Origin: Candidatus Jordarchaeales archaeon
GTDB lineage: Archaea > Asgardarchaeota > Jordiarchaeia > Jordiarchaeales > Freyrarchaeaceae
Assembly: GCA_038889235.1 (NCBI GenBank)
Contig: JAWAHN010000001.1
Span: 1,004,499 to 1,036,498 of the forward strand
Direction of reading: 5' to 3'
DNA: 32,000 bases
Positions 1-8,049 of this stretch are shown piece after piece. Under the pieces are notes generated by a model. That model was not told the DNA's origin. It searched no databases and saw nothing but the letters and a program-made list of their open reading frames with translations. The position numbers were made by a program, and so were the translations under genes. How positions within the stretch are numbered: the first letter of the stretch is position 1; each line of letters opens with the position of its first letter.

Positions 1-898
1 CGTCTGTTATCGTGTCTATGCTCAAAGAAGGTAATGATATTTCAAAGCCAGCGTTTACTGCTTCCCAGCAAAGATCAACTATATCTAACCCTGCCATTGA
101 AGACGCTATAAAAGTGATTTTTTGCACGCCGCTTTGCTTCACCCCTTCATCCATAAGCTTCCTAAGAACTTCCTTACTTCTAGTACGCCTAGGCCTCCCT
201 ATGAAACCTATTAAACAAAATCTGCACCCTCTTTCACACCCTCTAGCAACTTCTAAGAGGAAGGTTCTCCCGAAAACGGGGGCGAGCCTCTCCCCTCCAG
301 CCGGAACCACCTGCCTAATTGGATAGAAGACGTTTTCAATAGATTTACACCACACTCTTCTAACTTTCTCCCCATCATTAAAAGCTGGTGTATAGATCCC
401 CTCTATGTTTGACAGTGCTTCTATGCATGCTTCCCTATCTCTCTCTTCAATGCATATGTCCGCCAACTTGTCTGCCAGAATTTCTCCGTCACCAACCACA
501 AAAACGTCGACGAAATCCGACAGCGGCATTGGATTTTCAGTAGCGCAAACCCCTCCGGCAACGATTAATGGATCATCCTCACTTCTTTCACTTCTCCTAA
601 CAGGTATTTTTGAATCGATGAGCATTCTTACCATATTCACGTAGTCCTCTTCGTATTGAAGAGAAAAACCAATTACGTCGAACTCACTTAACCTTAAACC
701 TGACTCGACGCTCCTAGGCTCTCCCTCAAAAGTATAAAAGAACCTCTCGCATGCAACATCGTCTCTGGAGTTTAGAAGAGCGTAGATTAAGCGGAAACCC
801 AAAGAGGACATGCCAACAGCATAGGTGCTAGGGTAGCATAATGCAAATTTTAAATCTACTTTGCGGTGGTCTTTTCTAACTAAATTGTATTCTTTCAT
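1..898 (-). CDS. Radical SAM protein with N-terminal B12-binding-like region (YgiQ/TIGR03960-like); 3' end runs off the window
   Basis: Not in the ORF track because it has no stop in the window. Hand translation from ATG 898 gives MKEYNLVRKDHRKVDLKFALCYPSTYAVGMSSLGF...IVAGGVCATENPMPLSDFVDVFVVGDGE...LEVARGCERGCRFCLIG. It has the CxxxCxxC motif and a GGTGG RBS. Confidence 0.85.
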   Translation of the reverse strand, partial: MKEYNLVRKDHRKVDLKFALCYPSTYAVGMSSLGFRLIYALLNSRDDVACERFFYTFEGEPRSVESGLRLSEFDVIGFSLQYEEDYVNMVRMLIDSKIPVRRSERSEDDPLIVAGGVCATENPMPLSDFVDVFVVGDGEILADKLADICIEERDREACIEALSNIEGIYTPAFNDGEKVRRVWCKSIENVFYPIRQVVPAGGERLAPVFGRTFLLEVARGCERGCRFCLIGFIGRPRRTRSKEVLRKLMDEGVKQSGVQKITFIASSMAGLDIVDLCWEAVNAGFEISLPSLSIDTITD

Positions 899-1029
899 TT
901 TGACCAAAAACCACCCTTACACTGGCAAAACTTTAGCAAAGTACTGAGAAATATTCCACAGTTAAGATTACATCGCATCAGTAAGTTTAAGAACTTTCCT
1001 TTCAACACATTCTTTTACAAAACAAACGT

Positions 1030-1051
1030 AAAAAAGTAGTAAAGAAAAAGA
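1030..1051 (-). terminator. Putative oligo-T archaeal terminator downstream of actin
   Basis: The minus strand reads TCTTTTTCTTTACTACTTTTTT a few bases after the actin TAG. Confidence 0.4.
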
Positions 1052-1057
1052 GTTTTT

Positions 1058-2203
1058 CTAGAAGCATCTGTGAATTACTCCTACGCCTCCCTCTTGATAC
1101 TCTTTCTTTGTAACCCACATCTTCTGGAACGTCCTTAACGAAGCTAATATTGATCCTCCGATCCAGACACTATATTGTCTCTCGGGCGGCGCAATTATCT
1201 TTATTTCAACATTTTCTGGAACTAGCTCTGATATCTCTTTGTGCAATCTTTCCTTTAAACCTGGAAACATTGTTGAGCCGCCTGAAAGGACTATGTTAGC
1301 GTATAACTCTCTTCTCAAGTCGATGTCGCACTTCTTAATAGTCTCGACTATTGCTTCATCTAGCGGCGGTGCATCTAATCCGATAACTCCCGGGTTGAAG
1401 AAGACTTCTGGTGCTAGGAATCTCTCGGCACCAATAGTAATAGTTTCGCCATCAGGTAGTACGTATGTTTTTTCTATGCCTGAAACTTTCTCTGCAAGTT
1501 TGAGCTCCTTTTCAGGGTCCAATGCCACATAGCAGAGCTTTTCCTTAATGTCCCTGACTATTTCTCTTTCAGCTGTTGAAACGAAGCTGTAACCGCGTTG
1601 TCTTAGGAGCCTTCGCAAGTACTCAGTTATATCCCTCCCTGCAAGATCTATCCTGGTAATGGCGTGTGTTAACGCGAAACCTTCATAGATTGGAACTATG
1701 TGTGTTACTCCATCTCCCGAGTCTACCACTAGACCCGTTGTCCTTCCAGACGCATAGAGCGAGAGAACAGCTTGCATTGCAACATATATAGCCGGTGTAT
1801 TAAATGTTTCAAACATTATTTCAGCCATTTTTTCCCTGTTTTCACGCGGGTTCAGCGGCGGCTCCGTTAGTAATACAGGGTGCTCTGAAGGGTCGACTCT
1901 CAAGTCGTTGAAGAACGTGTAGTGCCAGATTTTTTCCATAGCATCCCAATCTGTAACTACACCATGCTCTATTGGGTAAACTAACCTGAGTACTCCTCGC
2001 AGGTTAAGTGCCTCCTCTCCAATGTAATATTCTCTCGTGTAGTGTTCTACGTCCGTCATTATTGACGCATACTTCGGATATCCTATACAAGTTGGCCATA
2101 CGGAACGAGGCTGATCCTCCCCTGCAAACCCATTCTTAGTTAACCCTGTTCCATTGTCTATTACTATAGGTTTCGCAGCAATCATTTCTTCTTCGCGTGC
2201 CAT
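1058..2203 (-). CDS. Asgard-type actin (eukaryote-like actin; alternative start 2242)
   Basis: Motifs are [13 protein letters not shown] (phosphate 1), [36 protein letters not shown] (phosphate 2), [27 protein letters not shown] and C-terminal HRCF. An AGGAG RBS precedes ATG 2203. Confidence 0.97.
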   Translation of the reverse strand: MAREEEMIAAKPIVIDNGTGLTKNGFAGEDQPRSVWPTCIGYPKYASIMTDVEHYTREYYIGEEALNLRGVLRLVYPIEHGVVTDWDAMEKIWHYTFFNDLRVDPSEHPVLLTEPPLNPRENREKMAEIMFETFNTPAIYVAMQAVLSLYASGRTTGLVVDSGDGVTHIVPIYEGFALTHAITRIDLAGRDITEYLRRLLRQRGYSFVSTAEREIVRDIKEKLCYVALDPEKELKLAEKVSGIEKTYVLPDGETITIGAERFLAPEVFFNPGVIGLDAPPLDEAIVETIKKCDIDLRRELYANIVLSGGSTMFPGLKERLHKEISELVPENVEIKIIAPPERQYSVWIGGSILASLRTFQKMWVTKKEYQEGGVGVIHRCF

Positions 2204-2389
2204 TTTCTCATATCTCCTAACATTTTTTAAAGGTCTCTTCATTCTTCCCCATTTTTCGAAAGAAATTATTGCCTTATGTTCTATTTTAATTTTTTGAATG
2301 TCATTTTTGTCAACAATATAGTTGATAACTACACAATTTTTTCTCTTTTAATGGCGATCTTCTCAAATACGAGATGTTTAGCATGCGTG

Positions 2390-2402
2390 GTGCTTATATA
2401 CG
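2390..2402 (+). promoter_or_regulatory. Putative TATA box for the pilin-like gene
   Basis: TTATATA lies about 50 nt upstream of the TTG start, and a GAGGAGG RBS follows at about 2433-2439. Confidence 0.45.
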
Positions 2403-2449
2403 CTTCTGGAGCTTCAGCAGTAAAGGATGTACGAGGAGGTTTTTAAAAT

Positions 2450-2629
2450 TTGGAGTTAGTTAGAGACGAAAAAGGATCTCCCATGGTGGAAGAGGCCATC
2501 CTCATCGGTCTGTCAGTTTTGGGGTTAGCTATAATGCTAAATATAATGTTCGGCGTCTTTAATTGGTCAGGAAATTTACTAACGAACTTAATCAATTATC
2601 TAAACCACCTATTTGGCAGCATCTTCTAA
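2450..2629 (+). CDS. Small class III signal peptide protein (Flp/type IV pilin-like), 59 aa
   Basis: Below the ORF track cutoff. It reads MELVRDEKG|SPMVEEAILIGLSVLGLAIMLNIMFGVFNWSGNLLTNLINYLNHLFGSIF: a charged leader ending in KG, Glu at +5, then a hydrophobic helix. A strong RBS lies 9-10 nt before the TTG. Confidence 0.75.
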   Translation: MELVRDEKGSPMVEEAILIGLSVLGLAIMLNIMFGVFNWSGNLLTNLINYLNHLFGSIF

Positions 2630-2806
2630 TTCCATAAACTTAACTTTTCAGGAAAAGGCAAAGCAAAAATAAAATATTGTCTTTTTCCTTTATTCCATTC
2701 TTAGTTTTAGTTTTGCGCATAGGTCATACATCAAAGTAGTTAAGAAGGTGGGCATTTGGTTGACTCGCTCTGGAAAGGCCGATTTAACAGGTGCTGGCTT
2801 GTGGGT

Positions 2807-3166
2807 ATGTTCGTCCAACAAACTTTACTTTCTATCGAGGGAGTAAAGATCCCGTCTGTCGAGGAAATACTGCATTCCAATCCCGAGATGACGGTGGCAG
2901 ACGCGATAAACATGCGAAGAGAGTTGTATGGTGTTAAAGTTGACTGGGAGAAGCGCAGACTTATTGTGCACTTCAAGGGAAAATATTATGATGTCACCGA
3001 TCTTCTCATAGACATAGTAAACGAAAACAGTTACGGAGAAAGAGTTGACGAATTAGGGATGGATACCTGCGGCTTCGATTTTTGTAGTGCCGTGAAAGAA
3101 GCACAAAAGAAGATAATTCTTAAGATAGTAACCGGCGAAATGACGCCCACTTATGAAGTAATTTGA
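2807..3166 (+). CDS. Hypothetical protein (~119 aa; alternative start 2756)
   Basis: Fills the gap between genes, has protein-like composition and converges on the Dus-like gene. I recognise no motif. Confidence 0.7.
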   Translation: MFVQQTLLSIEGVKIPSVEEILHSNPEMTVADAINMRRELYGVKVDWEKRRLIVHFKGKYYDVTDLLIDIVNENSYGERVDELGMDTCGFDFCSAVKEAQKKIILKIVTGEMTPTYEVI

Positions 3167-3180
3167 GTACAAGCGAGTAG

Positions 3181-3972
3181 TTAAATTTTCCCATTTTTCT
3201 CCTTTCTTTGCCATTCTTCGATGCCTAGAGCTATTCTCCCCACTATCGTCGGGTCTTTCATGGCTGCTCGTGCAATAGAAACAGCGTCAGCACCTGCCTT
3301 TATCATTTCAATAGCACTCTCAACGTCCCTAATCGAATTATTACCTATTAAAAAAACATTAACGCTTTTGGAAATCTTTCTAATTAAATCTAGGTCTCCA
3401 CAATTCACTCCCTCCTTCATCGCGTCTACATGTATCGCGTCGACCCCTGCTTTTTCAGCAATTCTGGCAACATTCAAGTCGTCCACCACATTCCCTCTCC
3501 ACTTAAGTATAACTTTTATATCGAAAGAGTCTTTTAGACGTGTTATCCACTCAGAAAGCTCATCTAGCCTTTTCAAAAGAGCCTGTCCTGCACCTACTGC
3601 CATAATTTCAGGCTGGCGGCAATGTGCATCTATTTCCAACGCTACCGCGCCACTCTTTGACACCACTTCTCCTGCAAACATAATTCCCTCTAAACTTGTT
3701 GCACGTGCATTTACAGCGACAGGCGCCCCTCCCTCCAGCGCTCTTCTAACCTCCTTTATAAGAAAATCCTCAATCTCTTCTACTTCAACTTCGAACTCTG
3801 TTCGCCCCCTAAGCTTCACGGCCTTGCCAGCCATAACCGTTTCTCGGTCAAAGTTCAAACCTCCTAGAGTTACCATTCCCGCCCCCGCTTTCGCGGCACG
3901 GAAACAAAATTCTCCGTCACATATTCCAGCCATCGCGGCAAGTATCGCCTTACGTTTCAGGACGTCTCTCAT
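3181..3972 (-). CDS. MJ0144-family / NifR3-related Dus-like FMN TIM-barrel protein
   Basis: Motifs are LAAMAGICDGEFC, LEIDAHCRQPEI (Dus-like catalytic Cys position), IHVDAM, LIGNNSIRD and GADAVSIARA. The start overlaps the cofD stop (ATGA). Confidence 0.85.
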   Translation of the reverse strand: MRDVLKRKAILAAMAGICDGEFCFRAAKAGAGMVTLGGLNFDRETVMAGKAVKLRGRTEFEVEVEEIEDFLIKEVRRALEGGAPVAVNARATSLEGIMFAGEVVSKSGAVALEIDAHCRQPEIMAVGAGQALLKRLDELSEWITRLKDSFDIKVILKWRGNVVDDLNVARIAEKAGVDAIHVDAMKEGVNCGDLDLIRKISKSVNVFLIGNNSIRDVESAIEMIKAGADAVSIARAAMKDPTIVGRIALGIEEWQRKEKNGKI

Positions 3973-4904
3973 TTTCCCCTCACCAAGCTCATTATTTCAG
4001 AGGCTAAACGTTGCATATCTCTTTCATCATTCATTAACGTATCCGTGACGTATGGAATAACACCAATAGATCTTACTTTATCCACCAGCGAACTGTCAAC
4101 TCTGTCGAAGACCAAGATTTCGGCCACATCTTTGTAAAATTGTGCCACACCAAGTGGGGAAACTTCAACACCTAGGCTTCGCATAAGCTTTGCCGCCGGC
4201 CCGCTTACAGCTTTCCCTCCCACTATAGGGCTAACTGCAATCTTCCTGCAGCGTACTCTCCTGATAGTTTCTCTAATTTCCTTGATAGAAAGTATTGGTG
4301 CTATACTTGTAACCGGGTTACTTGGTCCTATGATAACTGCTTCCGCTCCTTTTAGTACATCAATAACCTCGCGAGGGGGCCTGGCTTTTTCCGCCCCTCT
4401 ATATTCTACACCAAAAACCTCAGGTTGTCCCTTATACTTAACCCAAAATTCTTGCAAGGAAAGGACGCCAAGGTTAGTGTTTATGTATGTTTGTACCTTG
4501 TCATTTGTCATAGGGAGAATTCTTACTCTGACATCAAGCTTGTCGCACATGATTTTTACTACTTCGGAAAGCTGAAGGCCGCATCTGAGAAGATGTGTCC
4601 TCCATATGTGCGTTGCCAAATCGCGATCTCCCAAAGCGAACCAGGTGGGTAAACCATATCTATGCATCATTTCGAGGCAATTGAAAGTGTCCCCCTTAAT
4701 CCCCCAAAATTTTTCTTCGTCAAGAATACCCGCAACGAGGTAGACTGCGCTATCTAAATCCGGACTTATGTATAGACCATGAAGTTCAATATCGTCGCCA
4801 GTGTTCACTATGACTGAAATGTCTTCTTGCGGAAGAACTTTAAGAAACCCTTTAAGCAGTTTTAGCCCACCAGTGCCTCCTGTTAATAATGCAATCAACG
4901 TCAC
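3969..4904 (-). CDS. cofD: 2-phospho-L-lactate transferase (F420 biosynthesis)
   Basis: Motifs are LTGGTGGLKL, VNTGDD...ISPDLDS, WFALGDRDLATH, IIGPSNPVTSIAPI, VSPIVGGKAVSGPAAKLM and TDTLM. Confidence 0.96.
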   Translation of the reverse strand: MTLIALLTGGTGGLKLLKGFLKVLPQEDISVIVNTGDDIELHGLYISPDLDSAVYLVAGILDEEKFWGIKGDTFNCLEMMHRYGLPTWFALGDRDLATHIWRTHLLRCGLQLSEVVKIMCDKLDVRVRILPMTNDKVQTYINTNLGVLSLQEFWVKYKGQPEVFGVEYRGAEKARPPREVIDVLKGAEAVIIGPSNPVTSIAPILSIKEIRETIRRVRCRKIAVSPIVGGKAVSGPAAKLMRSLGVEVSPLGVAQFYKDVAEILVFDRVDSSLVDKVRSIGVIPYVTDTLMNDERDMQRLASEIMSLVRGK

Positions 4905-4905
4905 G

Positions 4906-5664
4906 TCACCTGAAAAGGTCTCTTTCAGGCGGCATTAAAAGTTCTTTGTAACTTCCGTCACCTTTAATGTACTTGTATCCTCTTATTATTACTACGGGAA
5001 TTCCTTCATCGGCTTGCCCCATGATTAGCTCGGCTGCTGAAGCTAACTCGTCCGCCACGGCGACTATTGTCGAACGCAAGACGTACCCATACAAATCCTT
5101 GTCTCCGCGCCTGTCCCAAAGCGGCTTAAGTCCCGCTACTCCTATAGCTACGTTTACCACTCCCTCCCTGAAGGGTCTTCCAAACGTATCAGAGATTATA
5201 ACAGCAACATCTGCCCCCGTGAGGTTGAAAATGCCCTCTCTAATGCGTCTTGCCGACTCGTCTGGGTCCAAAGGGAGAAGCGTGACTTTCCCCCCTCCGG
5301 ATACATTTGACTCGTCTACCCCCGAATTCGCGCAAACGAATCCGTGAAATGTTTCCGTAATAATTATGTGTCGCATCCTAACAACTTTTTTTGCCTCTCT
5401 CAGGATAACTTCAACCATTTGGGGGGACTTGCCGATTTGTTTGCTTACATTGATAGCGAAAGGTGAGGGTGTAACCTTCGACAAGTCTACAACTCGTCCC
5501 TCAGCCTTAGAAACTATCGATTGCGCCACAACGATGACATCATTATCGAGTATTTTAACACCTTGCTTTTCCGCTGCTTCAACGATCAGCTTCGCTACGT
5601 CATCTCCTTCCTTCACAAGCGGTATACCTTTAATTCCTATTAATTCTATTTTAATTTGTACCAC
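4906..5664 (-). CDS. cofE: Coenzyme F420-0:L-glutamate ligase
   Basis: Motifs are GIPLVKEGDD, VAQSIVSKAEGR, CANSGVDESN, LPLDPDESAR, ISDTFGRPFREG and ADELASAAELIMGQADEGIPV. The protein is 252 aa with no nitroreductase domain. Confidence 0.96.
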   Translation of the reverse strand: MVQIKIELIGIKGIPLVKEGDDVAKLIVEAAEKQGVKILDNDVIVVAQSIVSKAEGRVVDLSKVTPSPFAINVSKQIGKSPQMVEVILREAKKVVRMRHIIITETFHGFVCANSGVDESNVSGGGKVTLLPLDPDESARRIREGIFNLTGADVAVIISDTFGRPFREGVVNVAIGVAGLKPLWDRRGDKDLYGYVLRSTIVAVADELASAAELIMGQADEGIPVVIIRGYKYIKGDGSYKELLMPPERDLFR

Positions 5665-5747
5665 CCTCTTAAGCGCCTCTTCTGCTCTTAGATAGCATCA
5701 CGTTTATCTTAATTCTTTTGAATTAGAGGAAGCGTGGAGGTCGTGCG

Positions 5748-6422
5748 ATGAACAATACATACTTGGTTATTCCTTTTAAAGGACTGGAAACTGCAAAATC
5801 GAGATTATCTCCCTTCCTTCCTCCTGATGCACGACAAAAACTAAGTCTTGCTATGTTACTTGACGTAATAACTGCCGCAAAGAAGTCTAAAATGTTCAAG
5901 AAAATTCTTATTGTGACAACAGACAGAAAATTTAAAGTTTCCTATAAAGGAGTCACCCTCATATTCGAGTCTCCTCCATATGATCTAAACAAAGCAGTTC
6001 AACTCGGAGTCGACTTTTGTTCTAAGCATGGCGCAAAAGCCGCTCTCATCCTACCCGCAGATTTACCACTTATAACGCCAAGCGATATAAAAAACATAAT
6101 TAAGATGGGGGAGCCAGATGAGAAAGTTGTTGTTATTTCTCCGTCAGAGTCAAATGGGACTAACGCACTCTTCATGAAACCTCCCGGGATCATTCCCCCT
6201 TACTTTGGGGAGGACAGCTTCAACAAGCATATTTCTGCATCCAGAGAGCGAGGTGTATCAGTCAAAGTATATACCTCCCCGACAATTAAGACTGACATAG
6301 ATTACATCAACACACTTTTAATAAACGCCCTTAATTTAGGTAAGAACACGAAGAAAGTAATTGATGTAATAAAAAACCATCTGAAAGTGGAAGGTAAAAC
6401 CCTTCAACCATCCGCAATATAA
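5748..6422 (+). CDS. cofC: 2-phospho-L-lactate/phosphoenolpyruvate guanylyltransferase
   Basis: Motifs are VIPFKGLETAKSRLS, AMLLDVI, DLNKAV, ILPADLPL, GTNAL, FGEDSFNKH and DID. It is divergent from cofE. Confidence 0.93.
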   Translation: MNNTYLVIPFKGLETAKSRLSPFLPPDARQKLSLAMLLDVITAAKKSKMFKKILIVTTDRKFKVSYKGVTLIFESPPYDLNKAVQLGVDFCSKHGAKAALILPADLPLITPSDIKNIIKMGEPDEKVVVISPSESNGTNALFMKPPGIIPPYFGEDSFNKHISASRERGVSVKVYTSPTIKTDIDYINTLLINALNLGKNTKKVIDVIKNHLKVEGKTLQPSAI

Positions 6423-6460
6423 AACCCGCTACTCTTCGCCACAAAGACTATTAATGGTTG

Positions 6461-6880
6461 TTACTCTGCAAAAACCTCTTTGATCTCCTTCACCGCATCT
6501 TCTATTATTCGTTCATACCTTCTCTCTTTATGTAGAAGGACCGATGCTGCATCAGCAATCCTCCGTTTAGCTGAAATCGGTAGTATAGCTGCCAGTATAA
6601 ACCTTTTATTTGAGACCTCTATACTTTTGAATACAATAATCCCATCGCTTGTTTCTATAGTTACTTGTTCTAGGTCTCCAAGTCCTATCTGATCTTTAAC
6701 TCTAATGGCAGTCGCGTGAGCTAGACCAGCCATCGCGGCGATTACCTGTTTACTTTCAGGACCGCTCGCCTCAGCAACCACTAGTCCATCCTCCCTAGAA
6801 ATGACACTCGCTGAAAAACCCCCCTTTTTGTTCATGTCCTCTAAAATTTTTGTTAATGTCGAAAGCTTATCTTTAGACAT
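6461..6880 (-). CDS. Roadblock/LC7 domain protein
   Basis: About 140 aa with GFSASVISREDGLVVAE, a helix IAAMAGLAHATAIRV, LGDLEQVTIETSDGIIV and a C-terminal helix. Confidence 0.85.
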   Translation of the reverse strand: MSKDKLSTLTKILEDMNKKGGFSASVISREDGLVVAEASGPESKQVIAAMAGLAHATAIRVKDQIGLGDLEQVTIETSDGIIVFKSIEVSNKRFILAAILPISAKRRIADAASVLLHKERRYERIIEDAVKEIKEVFAE

Positions 6881-7004
6881 CAACACCCACCCTTTTTGTA
6901 GGAGTCTTCTTTTAGTGCAATAATTTCTGTCCTCCCAAACATTTAAATCTAGTCTTTTTACCCTCCTTTTTCAAAGAACATTAAGTGCCTAACGGTGAAG
7001 AGTT

Positions 7005-7979
7005 TTGAAACTAAACTTTGTTATTCCTAAGGGCTCCCTTCAGGAAGCCACGCTGGCTTTGCTTAGACAGGCTGGATACGAGATAAAGGGAAGTGATAGG
7101 TCCTATAGGCCTTGGATAAACGACCCAGAAATAAACCTCAAAGTTCTCAGACCGCAAGAAATACCTACCTTCGTGGAATCAGGGGCTCATGACTTAGGAA
7201 TCACCGGGATGGACTGGGTAGAAGAAACTTCAGCAGACGTCGTAATATTGTCAAACCTAGCTTATGGTAAAGTAAAAATAGTTTTAGCTGTTCCAAACTA
7301 CTGGACTCATATAAATTCCCTTTCAGATTTAATACGTACCTTCGCTGAAAATGGAAAGCCTATACGTATAGCAACAGAATATATAAATATCACAGCTCGG
7401 TACGTATCATCAAACCCCGAATATAAATCACGTTTCGGCTCGCTAACCCCTGAGGTCATAACCCCCTGGTACAGATATGGAGAAAACCCTAACGTAAAAA
7501 TACTGCTTTCCTTTGGCGCTACAGAGGCTAAGCCGCCTGAGGATGCGGAAGCAATAGTCGATAATACCGAAACCGGGACCACTATTCTCTCTAACAACCT
7601 TAAGATAATCGAAGAAATATGTGAATCTCAAGCGGTTCTCATATCTAACAGAGATGCTTTAAGCCACCCTTGGAAAAGAGAAAAGATAAAAGATGTAATG
7701 ACTCTTCTCGAGGGTGCGGTTGACGCGAGAGAACGCTTGCACATATTTATGAATGTGAAGGAAGAAAACTTACAAGCGCTTTTGAAAATACTCCCCGCAC
7801 TCAAAAAGCCGACAATATCTCCACTTGCTGGGGAAGAAGGATGGTACGCCATTAATACCGTTATTCGCAAAGATGAGTTTCTGAGAATAATACCGTACCT
7901 CAGGCAATTAGCGCAAGGACTAGTGGTTTACGAGCCGCGGCAAGTCCTCCCACTCGAAAAAATACAGAACAAGTTCTAA
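7005..7979 (+). CDS. hisG: ATP phosphoribosyltransferase, long form with C-terminal regulatory domain
   Basis: Motifs are IPKGSLQE, LRPQEIPTFVESG..DLGITGMDW, IATEY, SFGATEAKPP and DNTETGTT, followed by a C-terminal ACT-like region LPALKKPTISPL. Confidence 0.95.
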   Translation: MKLNFVIPKGSLQEATLALLRQAGYEIKGSDRSYRPWINDPEINLKVLRPQEIPTFVESGAHDLGITGMDWVEETSADVVILSNLAYGKVKIVLAVPNYWTHINSLSDLIRTFAENGKPIRIATEYINITARYVSSNPEYKSRFGSLTPEVITPWYRYGENPNVKILLSFGATEAKPPEDAEAIVDNTETGTTILSNNLKIIEEICESQAVLISNRDALSHPWKREKIKDVMTLLEGAVDARERLHIFMNVKEENLQALLKILPALKKPTISPLAGEEGWYAINTVIRKDEFLRIIPYLRQLAQGLVVYEPRQVLPLEKIQNKF

Positions 7980-8049
7980 ATGTCTTTCAGGAAAAGTTTA
8001 AATTCCCTCTATCCAGCTAGTATTAGGGATTTCTTCTACTACTTTTGAG

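Noticed and set aside
3221-4048. 275-aa plus-strand ORF and the many other 60-150 aa antisense ORFs in the track
   Set aside because: They lie fully antisense to well-supported genes and have Ser/Ile/Pro/Thr-rich, motif-free translations.
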